A DNA stretch of 64,000 bases from an uncultured bacterium. Lineage in GTDB: Bacteria > Cyanobacteriota > Vampirovibrionia > Gastranaerophilales > Gastranaerophilaceae. The DNA is taken from positions 31,776-95,775 of the forward strand of contig CACYOO010000003.1 of the NCBI GenBank assembly GCA_902776035.1. Reading direction: 5' to 3'. Below are positions 19,246 through 28,443 of the stretch, piece by piece. The notes beneath the pieces were generated by a model. The model saw only the letters and a program-made list of their open reading frames with translations. It was not told the DNA's origin and did not search any database. Every line of letters begins with the position of its first letter. The stretch's first letter is position 1. A program made the translations under genes and the position numbers.

Positions 19246-20499
19246 TTATTTAAAACTGATTATTTCATTAAATATCTTTATGGCAAATCTGTCTGCCATA
19301 GCGGAAATAAATGCAATAACAGCTTGCCTGTAGGATTTTTGGTTTGTTATGTCATATATAACTTTGTTATAAAAACAATTTTTTTCTTTTTCATCTAAAG
19401 CAGCAGATGAATATTTTACAAGCCAATTTTTGAAATATTCAACTAAATTTGGATAATATTTTCTTTCAGATTCAAGATTATATAGTACTCCACCACCAAA
19501 ATATTCATCTAATTTTTCAAATATTGTTTCAATAACCAGTCGTGCATATTTTCTAAATGGTGCAAGACGTTTATGATTACAAATGTTTCTTGTGTTATAT
19601 TCTTTGATTACACTCATAACTTTAAAAGATGAGTCAGAAAAATTTAAGCCCTCTTCGGGATTAGAATTTAAGCATAAGTCTTTTATTAAAAAGTATGTTA
19701 AAACATTTGTACTTACATTTTGCAATTTTTCATTCGGAAATGCTATTTGTATAATATGTTCAAGTTCTTTTTTCTGATTATCAGTCAAAATGTCGTAAAT
19801 AAGAGCATCCTCTATATCTCTGCTTAAATATGCCATTGTATCTGCTAATTTTACGGCACAACCTTCATAAGTAAATGCATTCAAATGGCTTGCATATTTG
19901 ATTTCATTTAAATCTATAAATTCATCTCTTGGCTTTAGAACCTGGTCATTTACTTCTCCGCAATGGCAAACAATACCATCTCTTACGGCATATGTTAAGT
20001 CCAAATTCTGTTGATGTCCTTGATAATCAGGTAATGTTTCTATATTATCGATAAAATTAAGACTGTTTTTCTCGTGCCAAAATCTTTCTTGTATATCATA
20101 TTTTAATACTAAATCATTTATTATATATTCACCTTGATGTCCAAATGGTGCATGTCCTAAATCGTGTCCTATAGCTATGGCATTAACAAGCTCAGAATTT
20201 AGGTGTAAAACTTTTGCAATAGTTTCTGCAATAGATGAAACATGGGTAACATGTTCTATTCTTGTACAAATATGGTCGTTATCAGTTGCAAAAAAGACTT
20301 GTGTCTTATTTTTTAAACGTCTGTATGCTGTACAATGCAAAATTCTGTGTTCATCTCGTTCAAATGGAGAACGTTGATCATAATATGTTTGATAAATAGG
20401 AACTAGTCTTGAGATTGCCTGTTCATATTTTGGATTTCCTTTAAATGTTGCTACTTTTGAAAAGTCTGCTATTTTTTTATTTTCTGTTATATTTTCCAT
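19246..20499 (-). CDS. dGTPase-like HD-domain triphosphohydrolase
   Basis: RDEHRILHCTAYRRLKNKTQVF, THVSSIAETIA and IGHDLGHAPFGH motifs. I place the start at the MENITENKK ATG (20499). Confidence 0.8.
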   Translation of the reverse strand: MENITENKKIADFSKVATFKGNPKYEQAISRLVPIYQTYYDQRSPFERDEHRILHCTAYRRLKNKTQVFFATDNDHICTRIEHVTHVSSIAETIAKVLHLNSELVNAIAIGHDLGHAPFGHQGEYIINDLVLKYDIQERFWHEKNSLNFIDNIETLPDYQGHQQNLDLTYAVRDGIVCHCGEVNDQVLKPRDEFIDLNEIKYASHLNAFTYEGCAVKLADTMAYLSRDIEDALIYDILTDNQKKELEHIIQIAFPNEKLQNVSTNVLTYFLIKDLCLNSNPEEGLNFSDSSFKVMSVIKEYNTRNICNHKRLAPFRKYARLVIETIFEKLDEYFGGGVLYNLESERKYYPNLVEYFKNWLVKYSSAALDEKEKNCFYNKVIYDITNQKSYRQAVIAFISAMADRFAIKIFNEIISFK

Positions 20500-20741
20500 A
20501 TTGTATATTATAGTGATTTTTTTTATTTTGTCATACAGTAAATAGAGCATTTTTTAAGAAAAATTAAGGTAGTGATATATAATTTTACACATATTTTTTA
20601 CAGAAAGAAAGTAGAGAGGAAATTGTGTTTAAGTATTAAAATAATCTTTCATCAAACTTATAGTATAAATGGAGTATTTTTAATAGGTTTTAATATATTT
20701 TTTGTAATTATAATGCTATTATTAATAATGGAGAAGATTTT

Positions 20742-22949
20742 GTGAGGAAGAATAATAACATATACAAAATATTATCGTTATGTTTGATGTTATCAGTATG
20801 CCAACACGCATACTGTGCAAGTAATGAGCTTGTAAAAATGAATCTTGACCAAACAACAGACGGTACTGTAAAAGTAAATATATATACAGATAAGCCATAT
20901 AGTGAAAAAGTAATTGTAAATAAAAAAGCTGATAATAAATATGTTATTCTGCTTCCTGAAACATCAAATACAATGAATGTAACGCCTGATTTTTCGCTTA
21001 TTACAGGAGTAAAAAATATAGATGTAAAGACAAAACAGTATTCTTCTCTACCAGGTAAAGAGTATACTAAAATTATTATTGATAGCCGTTATCCTATTAA
21101 TGTTTTACCTCAAACACATGTATCGGCGAATACAGCAGAATCAAATGTACAAGTTCCTTTATCAATGCCTCAAAGAGCAATTAATCCTGTTCGCCCCGTA
21201 ACAACTTCTGATTTTGAACAATCTAATAAACCTGTACATGAACAAACTTTCTACGCTGATGGAAATAAAAAACAATCATATACATCACCTAAAAGTTCAA
21301 CAGAAAAAATTTATTCGCAGTCAAATACTGTAACTAATCAAATAAAACAATATGAACAACCAACTCAAAATAATCTTGTAAAAACAAATGGTATTCAATC
21401 TGAAAATACAATTCAGACTACAGGATTGACTGATAGCAGTTTAGATACTTCTCAAAAGGAAAGTAAAGAAGAAGAAACTACTAGCACAGAAAATAACCAA
21501 GCTGTAGATAATGATAGTGTTCAAACAACACAAGAAGAAGTTAAGTCTGAAAAAAATAATACAGGACTTTCAGATAGAGAGCTTGCTTTTATTAAAAAAA
21601 TTGTAAACGTAAAAAATAAACTTAAAAATAAAATAAAACAAATTTTATCTATAAAATTATCTTTCTCAAATTTCATGACTGTATTACAATTTATATTGTT
21701 AATATGCTTGATAAAAATTGTTGCTGATTTATTACAAAAAGTTCAAAACAACCAAGCTAATCAAGAACAAGCCACAATTACAAAACGTCTTATTCATGAA
21801 AATGAAAACAATTTTGAAAATTCATATCCAACTTATTCAAACATGGATGTATACAATGCAAATATAGATAATTTTGAAGAAGACAACAAACATGGCTTTA
21901 ATATGGATAATGCTAAAAATAATAATATTAAAAGTTATGTTGAACAAAATGTAAACAGTAATATAAATAATATTAACTCAATAAATAAACAAAATGATTT
22001 TTATAAACCATTAAATGAATTAAATGAGGAAGAACGAATGTCAATATTTGACGATAAAAATGAAGATATAGAAAAATCAATTTTTAAAAATCCTTTAACA
22101 CCTATAAGCAAACAAGATGAAGAAAGATTGTTTGATGAGGATGAAGAACCGTTAAATCAGAATTCTCCTTTTATTGAAGAAGATGATAATCCAGTAGATG
22201 ATTTTTTCAATTATCCTGATAATGGAAGCTTAAATGATGAAAACTTTTTCATATTTGAAGATAATGAAAATGGTATTGGCAGTTATGAAGAAAATGTAGC
22301 TGATGAAAATACAGATGAAGAATATGAAGCAAACGATGATGATGAGTATGCATCTGACGATGAGTATGAAGAAGAATACGAGTACATAGATGCAGAAGAT
22401 GAAGATGATGACGGTGAGTATGAATATGAATATGAAGAAGATGAAGATGAAGATGAAGATGATGGATATAATGAGAATGATGTAGATTACGAAGCTGATG
22501 AAGAAAACTCAACAGAGGAGTATGATGATAGTGCGATAGAATATACAGAAAAAAATAATTCGGATGACAATATAGAAAATGTTACCCATAAAGATGTGAA
22601 ATCGAAACCTATATCAAAACAAGTGCAAAAAACTTTGCCTGTTAATTCACAATCTGTAAATAAAGAAGAAAACAATTTAGAAAAGTTACAACTTAAATCA
22701 AAATACACTATTGATAATAAGCGTAGTTTTGCTGTTGTAAATTTCAATGGTTTAAATGCACTTATCGGACTTAATGGTTCTAAGGTAAGTGTTTTACGTA
22801 AGTTTACGGAAGATATAAACAGTAAAATGCAAGTAAGGTTGAATGAAAAGCCAAATGAAAACACATCAATTTATATTGTTAAAATCGGAAAATATAAAAC
22901 ATTGGTTGAAGTAAAACCTGAAAGTATAAGACAGCTTTTAGATTTATAA
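20742..22949 (+). CDS. Large secreted/membrane protein: signal peptide, AMIN-like N-domain, internal TM helix, poly-acidic tract, beta-rich C-domain
   Basis: GTG start with a GGAG RBS. Signal peptide ILSLCLMLSVCQHAYC. VKMNLDQTTDGTVKVNIYTDKPY...YVILLPETS resembles AMIN domains. TM segment FMTVLQFILLICLIKIV. A D/E/Y tract lies at about 22240-22520. Confidence 0.5.
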   Translation: MRKNNNIYKILSLCLMLSVCQHAYCASNELVKMNLDQTTDGTVKVNIYTDKPYSEKVIVNKKADNKYVILLPETSNTMNVTPDFSLITGVKNIDVKTKQYSSLPGKEYTKIIIDSRYPINVLPQTHVSANTAESNVQVPLSMPQRAINPVRPVTTSDFEQSNKPVHEQTFYADGNKKQSYTSPKSSTEKIYSQSNTVTNQIKQYEQPTQNNLVKTNGIQSENTIQTTGLTDSSLDTSQKESKEEETTSTENNQAVDNDSVQTTQEEVKSEKNNTGLSDRELAFIKKIVNVKNKLKNKIKQILSIKLSFSNFMTVLQFILLICLIKIVADLLQKVQNNQANQEQATITKRLIHENENNFENSYPTYSNMDVYNANIDNFEEDNKHGFNMDNAKNNNIKSYVEQNVNSNINNINSINKQNDFYKPLNELNEEERMSIFDDKNEDIEKSIFKNPLTPISKQDEERLFDEDEEPLNQNSPFIEEDDNPVDDFFNYPDNGSLNDENFFIFEDNENGIGSYEENVADENTDEEYEANDDDEYASDDEYEEEYEYIDAEDEDDDGEYEYEYEEDEDEDEDDGYNENDVDYEADEENSTEEYDDSAIEYTEKNNSDDNIENVTHKDVKSKPISKQVQKTLPVNSQSVNKEENNLEKLQLKSKYTIDNKRSFAVVNFNGLNALIGLNGSKVSVLRKFTEDINSKMQVRLNEKPNENTSIYIVKIGKYKTLVEVKPESIRQLLDL

Positions 22950-22955
22950 TAAATT

Positions 22956-24107
22956 ATGAAAAAAAGTATAATATATTTTTTAAGTATCATTACAATTTTT
23001 TGTACGGGATGTATACAAAAAAATGATGATAGCAGGAATATTGTTGATTTTGCAAGCTGGGGCTCTCAATCAGAAGTTGAGATTTTAAAAACAATAATTA
23101 GTGATTTTGAAATAGAAAATCCTGATATTAAAATTAATTTTATGCATATACCTCAAAATTATTTTCAAAAAATACATTTGCTTCTTGCCTCAAATACAGC
23201 GCCTGATATTATTTTTATAAATAATTTGAATATACCAGTATATGAGCAATACTTAGAGGATTTATCTTCTATAATAAATAAAAATGATTATTATAAAAAG
23301 ACATTAGATGCATTATCATATAACAATAAGCTTTTAGCAGTACCGAGAGATGTTTCAACTATAGTTATATATTATAATAAGGATTTATTTAAAAAATATA
23401 ATATAAAATTTCCTGATAAAAATTGGACATTTAACGATTTATTAAAAATTTCATTAGAATTTAAAAAACACAACATATACGGTATAAGTTTTGAAGAAGA
23501 AAGTATATGTTATTTACCTTATTTAATGAGTGAGGGTGGTGGGATATTATCTGATGATTTAAAAACAGAGATTGTAAATCTACCTCAATCTCAAAAGGGA
23601 ATACAATTTTATTCTGATTTACGCAATAAATATAATGTAGCACCTAAAAAGTCGCAAAGTGCAAGTTTAACAATGGCACAAATGTTTTTGCAGGAAAAAA
23701 TAGCAATGCATGTTTCCGGCAGGTGGATGGTTCCAAAATATAGAGAGAGTGCAAAATTTGATTGGGATGTAATAAATTTCCCTAATGGAGATAAAGGCAG
23801 CGTAGTTCCTTTAGATGCATCAGGTTGGGCGGTGTATAAATTTTCTAAAAATAAATCAAATGCATTTAAATTTATAGAATATGTTTCATCAAAGAATATT
23901 TCGGAGAAATTTGCTAAAACCGGCTTGATGACTCCTGCAAGAATTGATGCATCAAATTCAGAATCGTTTTTGTCAGGCAAACCAAAATCATCAAAAATTT
24001 TTTTAGATATTATTAAAACATCTAAGCCAACTCCTGTTTCTAAGCATTATAATGAATTGGTTGATAAAGTTAATCTGAAGCTTGAGCCAATTTTTGATAA
24101 GGAATAA
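22956..24107 (+). CDS. ABC-transporter extracellular solute-binding lipoprotein (sugar type), orphan
   Basis: Lipobox IFCTGC. Family-1 SBP text. No permease or ATPase gene nearby. Confidence 0.75.
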   Translation: MKKSIIYFLSIITIFCTGCIQKNDDSRNIVDFASWGSQSEVEILKTIISDFEIENPDIKINFMHIPQNYFQKIHLLLASNTAPDIIFINNLNIPVYEQYLEDLSSIINKNDYYKKTLDALSYNNKLLAVPRDVSTIVIYYNKDLFKKYNIKFPDKNWTFNDLLKISLEFKKHNIYGISFEEESICYLPYLMSEGGGILSDDLKTEIVNLPQSQKGIQFYSDLRNKYNVAPKKSQSASLTMAQMFLQEKIAMHVSGRWMVPKYRESAKFDWDVINFPNGDKGSVVPLDASGWAVYKFSKNKSNAFKFIEYVSSKNISEKFAKTGLMTPARIDASNSESFLSGKPKSSKIFLDIIKTSKPTPVSKHYNELVDKVNLKLEPIFDKE

Positions 24108-25826
24108 TTATTCAACATCAAATATATCAATAAAGTCAAAAGTTTTTGTTGAGAAAACTCCTTTATCAGTAATCTTTAATTCAGGTATAACAGGTAATGA
24201 TACAAAACCCATTGTCATAAAAGGATCATCAACTTTACAGCCGATTTCTTTTGCTGCAACATTCAACGCTTCTGATTGGCTTGTAACATATTCGTAATCC
24301 TTATCTGACATCAAGCCGGCAATAGGTAACGGTAATTTGGCTAAAACCTCTCCATCTTTTATAACAATCCTGCCACCTTGAGATTTTACAAGTTCTTTTT
24401 GAGCAAGATACATATCTTTGTCGTTTGTACCAATAATAATCATATTATGTGAATCGTGAGCAACTGTTGAGGCAATAGCACCTTGTTTTATACCGAAACC
24501 TTTAATAAAGCCCTTACCCACATTACCGCTTGCTCTGTGTCTTTCAACTACACATATTTTTAAAACATCGTCTTCAACATTTGATTCTGCAAGTCCGTTT
24601 TCAACATTTACTTTAGCTACTGTTTCTTTGGTTATAAGTTGATGAGGTATGATTTCTATTGCTTTTACTTTATCTCCTTTTGCCTGTATTTGGAAGCAAT
24701 TATCTTCCAGCCAGCCAACGTTCACAGAACCTCTTGTTGCAGGTATCTCCATGTTTTCAAGAGAATTAGTTAATTCACCATTTTCTGCAACAACTTCTCC
24801 ACCTTTGAATACCATTTTTGGTTTAGTAAATTCCTGTAAGTTTTCAAATACGTTAAAGTCGGCTCTATATCCCGGAGCAATCGCTCCTAAATCTTGTATT
24901 TTAAAGTATTCTGCGGTATTAAGACTTGCCATTTGTATAGCTTTAATCGGATTTACACGATTGTCTACAGCTCTTTGAACCATTCCGTTTATATGTATTT
25001 TTAAATCTTCAGGATGTCTGTCATCTGTTACAAATATTATTTTTCTATTGTTATCATGCAATAATATAGGCATTAATGCATCTAAATCTTTAGCAGCAGT
25101 ACCTTCTCTAACCATAATATACATACCCTGTCTTAATTTTTCAATTGCCTGCTGCGGGTCTGTACATTCGTGGTCTGATGTTATACCGCTTGCAATATAT
25201 GCACATAAGTCTTTTCCTGAAACTTTTGGTGCATGTCCGTCAACACGTTTTTTATTTTTCAGAGCAAGGTCTATTTTTGCCATAACGTTTTTATCTCTGT
25301 GTATTACACCCGGAAAGTTCATCATTTCTGCTAATCCCAATACCCAATCTCTATCGATTAGAACGGATAAATCATAAGAATTAAGTTCAAAACCGGATGT
25401 TTCAAATGGTGTTGCAGGAACACAAGATGGAAGCATTGTATAAACTCTTAACGGTAAATCTCTTGTTGCCTCATGCATAAATGTAATACCATGTAAACCA
25501 AGTACATTTGCTATTTCGTGTGGATCTATAATTACTGTTGTTGTACCTGCAGGAACTACTGCCTGTGCAAAACGGTGAGGAAGCATCATTGAACTTTCTA
25601 TATGAACGTGTCCATCTATAAATCCGGGTGTTAAATATGCACCTTTTAAATCTATTTCTTTTTCACCATGATATTCTCTTTCTACACCGGCTATTCTGCC
25701 TTTTACGATTGCAACATCACTTTCATATATTTCTTCTGTTAGAACATTTACTATTTTTGCGTTTTTAAGAACTAAATCAGCTTTTTTCTCGCCTAATGCT
25801 ACTTCAATAAATTCTTCTTGATGCAT
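24108..25826 (-). CDS. ade: Adenine deaminase
   Basis: GFIDGHVHIESSM metal-binding motif. 572 aa with typical Ade architecture. Confidence 0.85.
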   Translation of the reverse strand: MHQEEFIEVALGEKKADLVLKNAKIVNVLTEEIYESDVAIVKGRIAGVEREYHGEKEIDLKGAYLTPGFIDGHVHIESSMMLPHRFAQAVVPAGTTTVIIDPHEIANVLGLHGITFMHEATRDLPLRVYTMLPSCVPATPFETSGFELNSYDLSVLIDRDWVLGLAEMMNFPGVIHRDKNVMAKIDLALKNKKRVDGHAPKVSGKDLCAYIASGITSDHECTDPQQAIEKLRQGMYIMVREGTAAKDLDALMPILLHDNNRKIIFVTDDRHPEDLKIHINGMVQRAVDNRVNPIKAIQMASLNTAEYFKIQDLGAIAPGYRADFNVFENLQEFTKPKMVFKGGEVVAENGELTNSLENMEIPATRGSVNVGWLEDNCFQIQAKGDKVKAIEIIPHQLITKETVAKVNVENGLAESNVEDDVLKICVVERHRASGNVGKGFIKGFGIKQGAIASTVAHDSHNMIIIGTNDKDMYLAQKELVKSQGGRIVIKDGEVLAKLPLPIAGLMSDKDYEYVTSQSEALNVAAKEIGCKVDDPFMTMGFVSLPVIPELKITDKGVFSTKTFDFIDIFDVE

Positions 25827-25857
25827 ATATAAACCCTTTCCATTTACATTCTATTCT

Positions 25858-26442
25858 TTATATTTTATCACAAAAAGATAATAATTCCTTTATTCTGCCC
25901 GTTGTTACTACATCCAAAATTTTTTCTTTAATTTCTTCAATTTCTTTACTTGTTAATTTATCCAATTTCCCTACAAGAACAATTTTTCCTGTTGAATCTG
26001 TTTCAACAAAAGCATTATTTTTCCGTAAAAATTCCATATATTTTTTTATGGTTTCTAATTTATATTCGTCTGTTTTTATGGTTTTACCCATATAATATTT
26101 AACATCTTTTTCAAATTTATTTATAAATTCAAGCATATAGTTTAAACTTTTCAAAGCGGTTTTTTCATCATATTTTTCACCTAGACCAAAATTCCCTTCA
26201 ATTTTTATATCGCCTAAACTTTTTAAACAAGCACCCCAAAGCATACATCCGGCATAAAAACCTATGTATGTATTTATTAATTCTTGTATTCTATTGTATG
26301 AAGATGCAAATTTAAATTTTTTTTGATTAAAATTTTTAATAGAATTTAAACCTAAGTAAAAGTATTCTATATTACCTTCAAAATCTGTAATCCATTTTGA
26401 AAAACCGGGGTCAAATAAGCAAGTTTTGTCTTCTGTAGTCAT
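25858..26442 (-). CDS. Hypothetical protein co-operonic with thyX and ade
   Basis: Its ATG directly abuts the thyX stop (26442/26443). No recognisable motif. Confidence 0.5.
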   Translation of the reverse strand: MTTEDKTCLFDPGFSKWITDFEGNIEYFYLGLNSIKNFNQKKFKFASSYNRIQELINTYIGFYAGCMLWGACLKSLGDIKIEGNFGLGEKYDEKTALKSLNYMLEFINKFEKDVKYYMGKTIKTDEYKLETIKKYMEFLRKNNAFVETDSTGKIVLVGKLDKLTSKEIEEIKEKILDVVTTGRIKELLSFCDKI

Positions 26443-27147
26443 TTATTCAGTTTCCTCTTTTAAATTTAATCTGGATTTTCTACCGCAGGATTTATCTTCA
26501 TCACAAAAACCATTTGTTTCGCATTTTGGTACAAGATAATCTTTTAGCCATGCTTCTTTTGCAATTAATTCATCACACATTGCCTTTATAAGTAATCTGA
26601 TTTCAGTTTGAGCCCTTGAGCATAGTCTTAAGTTCGCAACATGGATAAGTTCTCTTAAGTTGGTGCTTACAATCATTGATGTAGCACAAGCATTAGGTAA
26701 TACAGCTCTTGCATCTTCTGCAGGTATTCCTGCCTCAATAAAATCATTATATGTTTTAGAAATTTCTTCCATAAAAGATACAAATTTTTCTTTTAATTCT
26801 TCATTACTGTTTATTGTTTGCGGAATTAAGTATTCAAATTGATTTTCTTTGACATATCTTTGAGATTTTTGTGAAAAAGACATGTGTCTGTGTCTTACAA
26901 GCTGGTGAGAACAAGAACGAGAAATATTTGAAACTGCAAAACTCACTTGTATATGTTCAATTGTGGAAAGATGCCCTGATGATATAACTTTTTTAACAAG
27001 TTTAAGCATTTTAGTTTCATCATCAGCATTATCAAAAATGTTTTGCGGAGAATCAGCACTATAGCAGGTTCTGCAAGCTGTGTATATTGTTTTTAAAATA
27101 TTGTCCGGTGCAGATATTAACTTTGCATGCGGTTTGTTATCATTCAT
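26443..27147 (-). CDS. thyX: FAD-dependent thymidylate synthase ThyX
   Basis: ThyX signature RHRHMSFSQKSQRY. Confidence 0.9.
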   Translation of the reverse strand: MNDNKPHAKLISAPDNILKTIYTACRTCYSADSPQNIFDNADDETKMLKLVKKVISSGHLSTIEHIQVSFAVSNISRSCSHQLVRHRHMSFSQKSQRYVKENQFEYLIPQTINSNEELKEKFVSFMEEISKTYNDFIEAGIPAEDARAVLPNACATSMIVSTNLRELIHVANLRLCSRAQTEIRLLIKAMCDELIAKEAWLKDYLVPKCETNGFCDEDKSCGRKSRLNLKEETE

Positions 27148-27159
27148 TTCTGTAAATCC

Positions 27160-27203
27160 TATTATATAAAATTATTGCCGAACATTTTTCGCTCGGCAAT
27201 AAT
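27160..27203 (-). terminator. Intrinsic terminator after rpmE
   Basis: ATTATTGCCGAGC / GTTCGGCAATAAT hairpin (minus-strand reading), followed by TTTTATATAA. Confidence 0.75.
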
Positions 27204-27230
27204 TTAAAACTTCTTAAAACATCAAAAAAC

Positions 27231-27455
27231 TTACTTTTTAGATTTTGCATCTTCAAGTTTTTTGCCGTATCTTTTGTTAAATCTTTCTACACGACCTTCA
27301 GAGTCAAGAATTTTTTGTTGTCCTGTATAAAAAGGATGACATGCTGAACAAATTTCAACTGTGATATTATCGTTAATAGAGCCGGTTTCAATTTCATTGC
27401 CACAAACGCATTTAATTGTACATTTTTTATAATCAGGATGAATACCTTGTTTCAT
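27231..27455 (-). CDS. rpmE: 50S ribosomal protein L31 (Zn-binding type A)
   Basis: MKQGIHPDY..., CVCGN ... [10 protein letters not shown]. Confidence 0.95.
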   Translation of the reverse strand: MKQGIHPDYKKCTIKCVCGNEIETGSINDNITVEICSACHPFYTGQQKILDSEGRVERFNKRYGKKLEDAKSKK

Positions 27456-27532
27456 AATTTACCTCACTTTTTGTATCTGTATATATAATATAATACGGTC
27501 AAAATAATAAAGCAAGATATAAATAATAAAAA

Positions 27533-27847
27533 TTATTCTTTTTCATAAAAAATAGGTGCAAAGTTATAAAAATATTTCATAAGTGTATTAAAGTCATTGG
27601 AGTCAACATTACTTAATTGGATACGATATGGGATTGGTAATAAATTTATATCTTTTTCCAACTCTTTTACATTTATATTTCTATTTTCTATGTTTATAAA
27701 TTTAATAAATAAGTCAATATCGCTTGAAGAATGAAATGTTCCATCCATTCTTGAACCCCATACTTTCACAATTTCAACTTCATCATGTTGTTTAAAAAAA
27801 TTGGTAAGTAAATTATATGATTTATCATTAATACCAAAGTTTTTCAT
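27533..27847 (-). CDS. Minimal nucleotidyltransferase (MNT, HI0073-like)
   Basis: GSR...DIDL motif (VWGSRMDGTFHSSSDIDLFI). Confidence 0.75.
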   Translation of the reverse strand: MKNFGINDKSYNLLTNFFKQHDEVEIVKVWGSRMDGTFHSSSDIDLFIKFINIENRNINVKELEKDINLLPIPYRIQLSNVDSNDFNTLMKYFYNFAPIFYEKE

Positions 27848-28106
27848 ACTTTTTCTCCATAAAGATATTCAAGTCAGAAAAACATTTAGCATATTTATTA
27901 ACAATATTATGCAGTAATTCTTCTTCTTTATTATCTGCTTTTATTTGTTCAATATTTTTTATATCAAATAACAATTCTATCCAGCTTTGACCATCTTCAA
28001 TTATTTCTAAATAATAAGCTTCTTTTATAATATCAATATTCTCATAGTAAAAAATTCCGTTAAATTTTAAATAGTATCTTAACAGTAATACTGATGAGTT
28101 AAACAT
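27828..28106 (-). CDS. HEPN-like (HI0074-family) protein, C-terminal three-quarters, with a degenerate Rx4-6H motif
   Basis: IIKEAYYLEIIEDGQSWIELLFDIKNIEQIK aligns to the family text ...GLIDDGEKWLDMLEDRNLTSHTY. RN...H is replaced by KN...K. Confidence 0.5.
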   Translation of the reverse strand: MFNSSVLLLRYYLKFNGIFYYENIDIIKEAYYLEIIEDGQSWIELLFDIKNIEQIKADNKEEELLHNIVNKYAKCFSDLNIFMEKKYEKLWY

Positions 28107-28107
28107 A

Positions 28108-28422
28108 TCAATCGTATATAAATTCTAACATTGTATCTGCATCTTTAATATATCCAAGTTTTTCTGCATTAATAAAAATTTCTCTTGGAAAAAGATTTTT
28201 AATACCATTATCCCTCATTTTGTATTTTAAAACTTTCCATGCAGCTTCAAATAATTTTTTAAAACTTTCACAGTATTTTATTCTATCAGATTGTGGAATA
28301 TTATTAAGATAGTTCGTATAGTCGTATTTGTTTCTTAAGTTAATGAAAGAATTATATCTTGTCTGCCATAAATTTATAAATCGTAATGTCCAATTAGGTA
28401 TATCTTTCATTTCATTCAGCAT
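28108..28422 (-). CDS. HEPN-like (HI0074-family) protein, ending just before the catalytic motif
   Basis: FKKLFEAAWKVLKYKMRDNGIKNLFPREIFINAEKLGYIKDADTMLEFIYD then TGA. The next ORF starts 2 nt later in another frame. Confidence 0.5.
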   Translation of the reverse strand: MLNEMKDIPNWTLRFINLWQTRYNSFINLRNKYDYTNYLNNIPQSDRIKYCESFKKLFEAAWKVLKYKMRDNGIKNLFPREIFINAEKLGYIKDADTMLEFIYD

Positions 28423-28443
28423 TGAATATTTACCTCTTTAAAA

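Noticed and set aside
22240-22864. GAW-rich repetitive DNA and His/Leu-rich antisense ORFs (22249-22512, 22487-22864), considered as a possible repeat array or CRISPR.
   Set aside because: The periodicity is at codon level (GAA/GAT/TAT encoding D/E/Y) inside the long + strand ORF. There is no repeat-spacer structure, and the antisense ORFs are mirror artefacts.
28100-28115. Programmed frameshift joining the two HEPN-like ORFs.
   Set aside because: There is no slippery heptamer at the junction (GATTGATATG), and joining the frames does not restore an RN...H motif. Decay or recombination is more parsimonious, though a read-level check is still advised.
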